Position numbers and translations under genes: made by a program. From Octopus bimaculoides (taxonomy: Eukaryota), in NCBI RefSeq assembly GCF_001194135.2, contig NC_068995.1, forward strand, positions 13,565,624 to 13,629,623: a stretch of DNA of 64,000 nucleotides, in the 5' to 3' direction. Positions 63,839 to 64,000 of this stretch are shown here, in pieces. The notes beneath the pieces were generated by a model, which was not told where the DNA came from, searched no databases, and saw only the letters and a list, made by a program, of their open reading frames with translations. Position 1 is the first letter of the stretch. Each line of letters starts with the position of its first letter.

Positions 63839-64000
63839 ATCAGATGATTGTAACAATGGTGAGAAAAATATCAATGTTAATTTATTGATGCATTTGGGTA
63901 AGTCTATGTCTTATCAGACAATTGCAAAAAATATTTTTTTAAATATTCAAAACTCTGCGAAAATACAGTACAAATTCTTCATGGTTCAAAATGTTATTTG

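Noticed and set aside
63557-63874. SETMAR-like domesticated gene
   Set aside because: Only the transposase HTH region, stopped before the catalytic domain, with no SET domain or splice linkage visible.

Overview
AT-rich, repeat-dense metazoan genomic DNA with eight N-gaps. The SINE/RTE repeat landscape and TTAGGG repeats are consistent with an octopus (coleoid cephalopod) assembly; that assignment is inference. Two spliced + strand genes can be rebuilt by hand from GT-AG junctions with consistent phases. The first is the last six coding exons of an anoctamin/TMEM16 gene (923-10918, about 288 aa visible). The second is a complete 8-exon ATG101 gene (29410-52414, 218 aa, HORMA-domain autophagy factor). 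The rest is introns and intergenic DNA holding tRNA-derived SINEs, RTE-LINE 3' tails, a solo LTR, an R4/Dong-type LINE fragment, mariner/Tc1/pogo, hAT, piggyBac and MULE-like non-autonomous elements, and mini/microsatellites. There are no prokaryotic features, CRISPR arrays, rRNA or true tRNA genes, and almost all listed six-frame ORFs are artefacts. I did not find a convincing new multi-gene system. The most interesting observations are a 91-bp intronic hairpin with two A-C mismatches in ATG101, a family of TTAGGG-carrying inverted-repeat elements, a promoter-like solo LTR in the anoctamin intron, a TAA-targeted LINE, and reciprocal SINE nesting with a template-jump junction.
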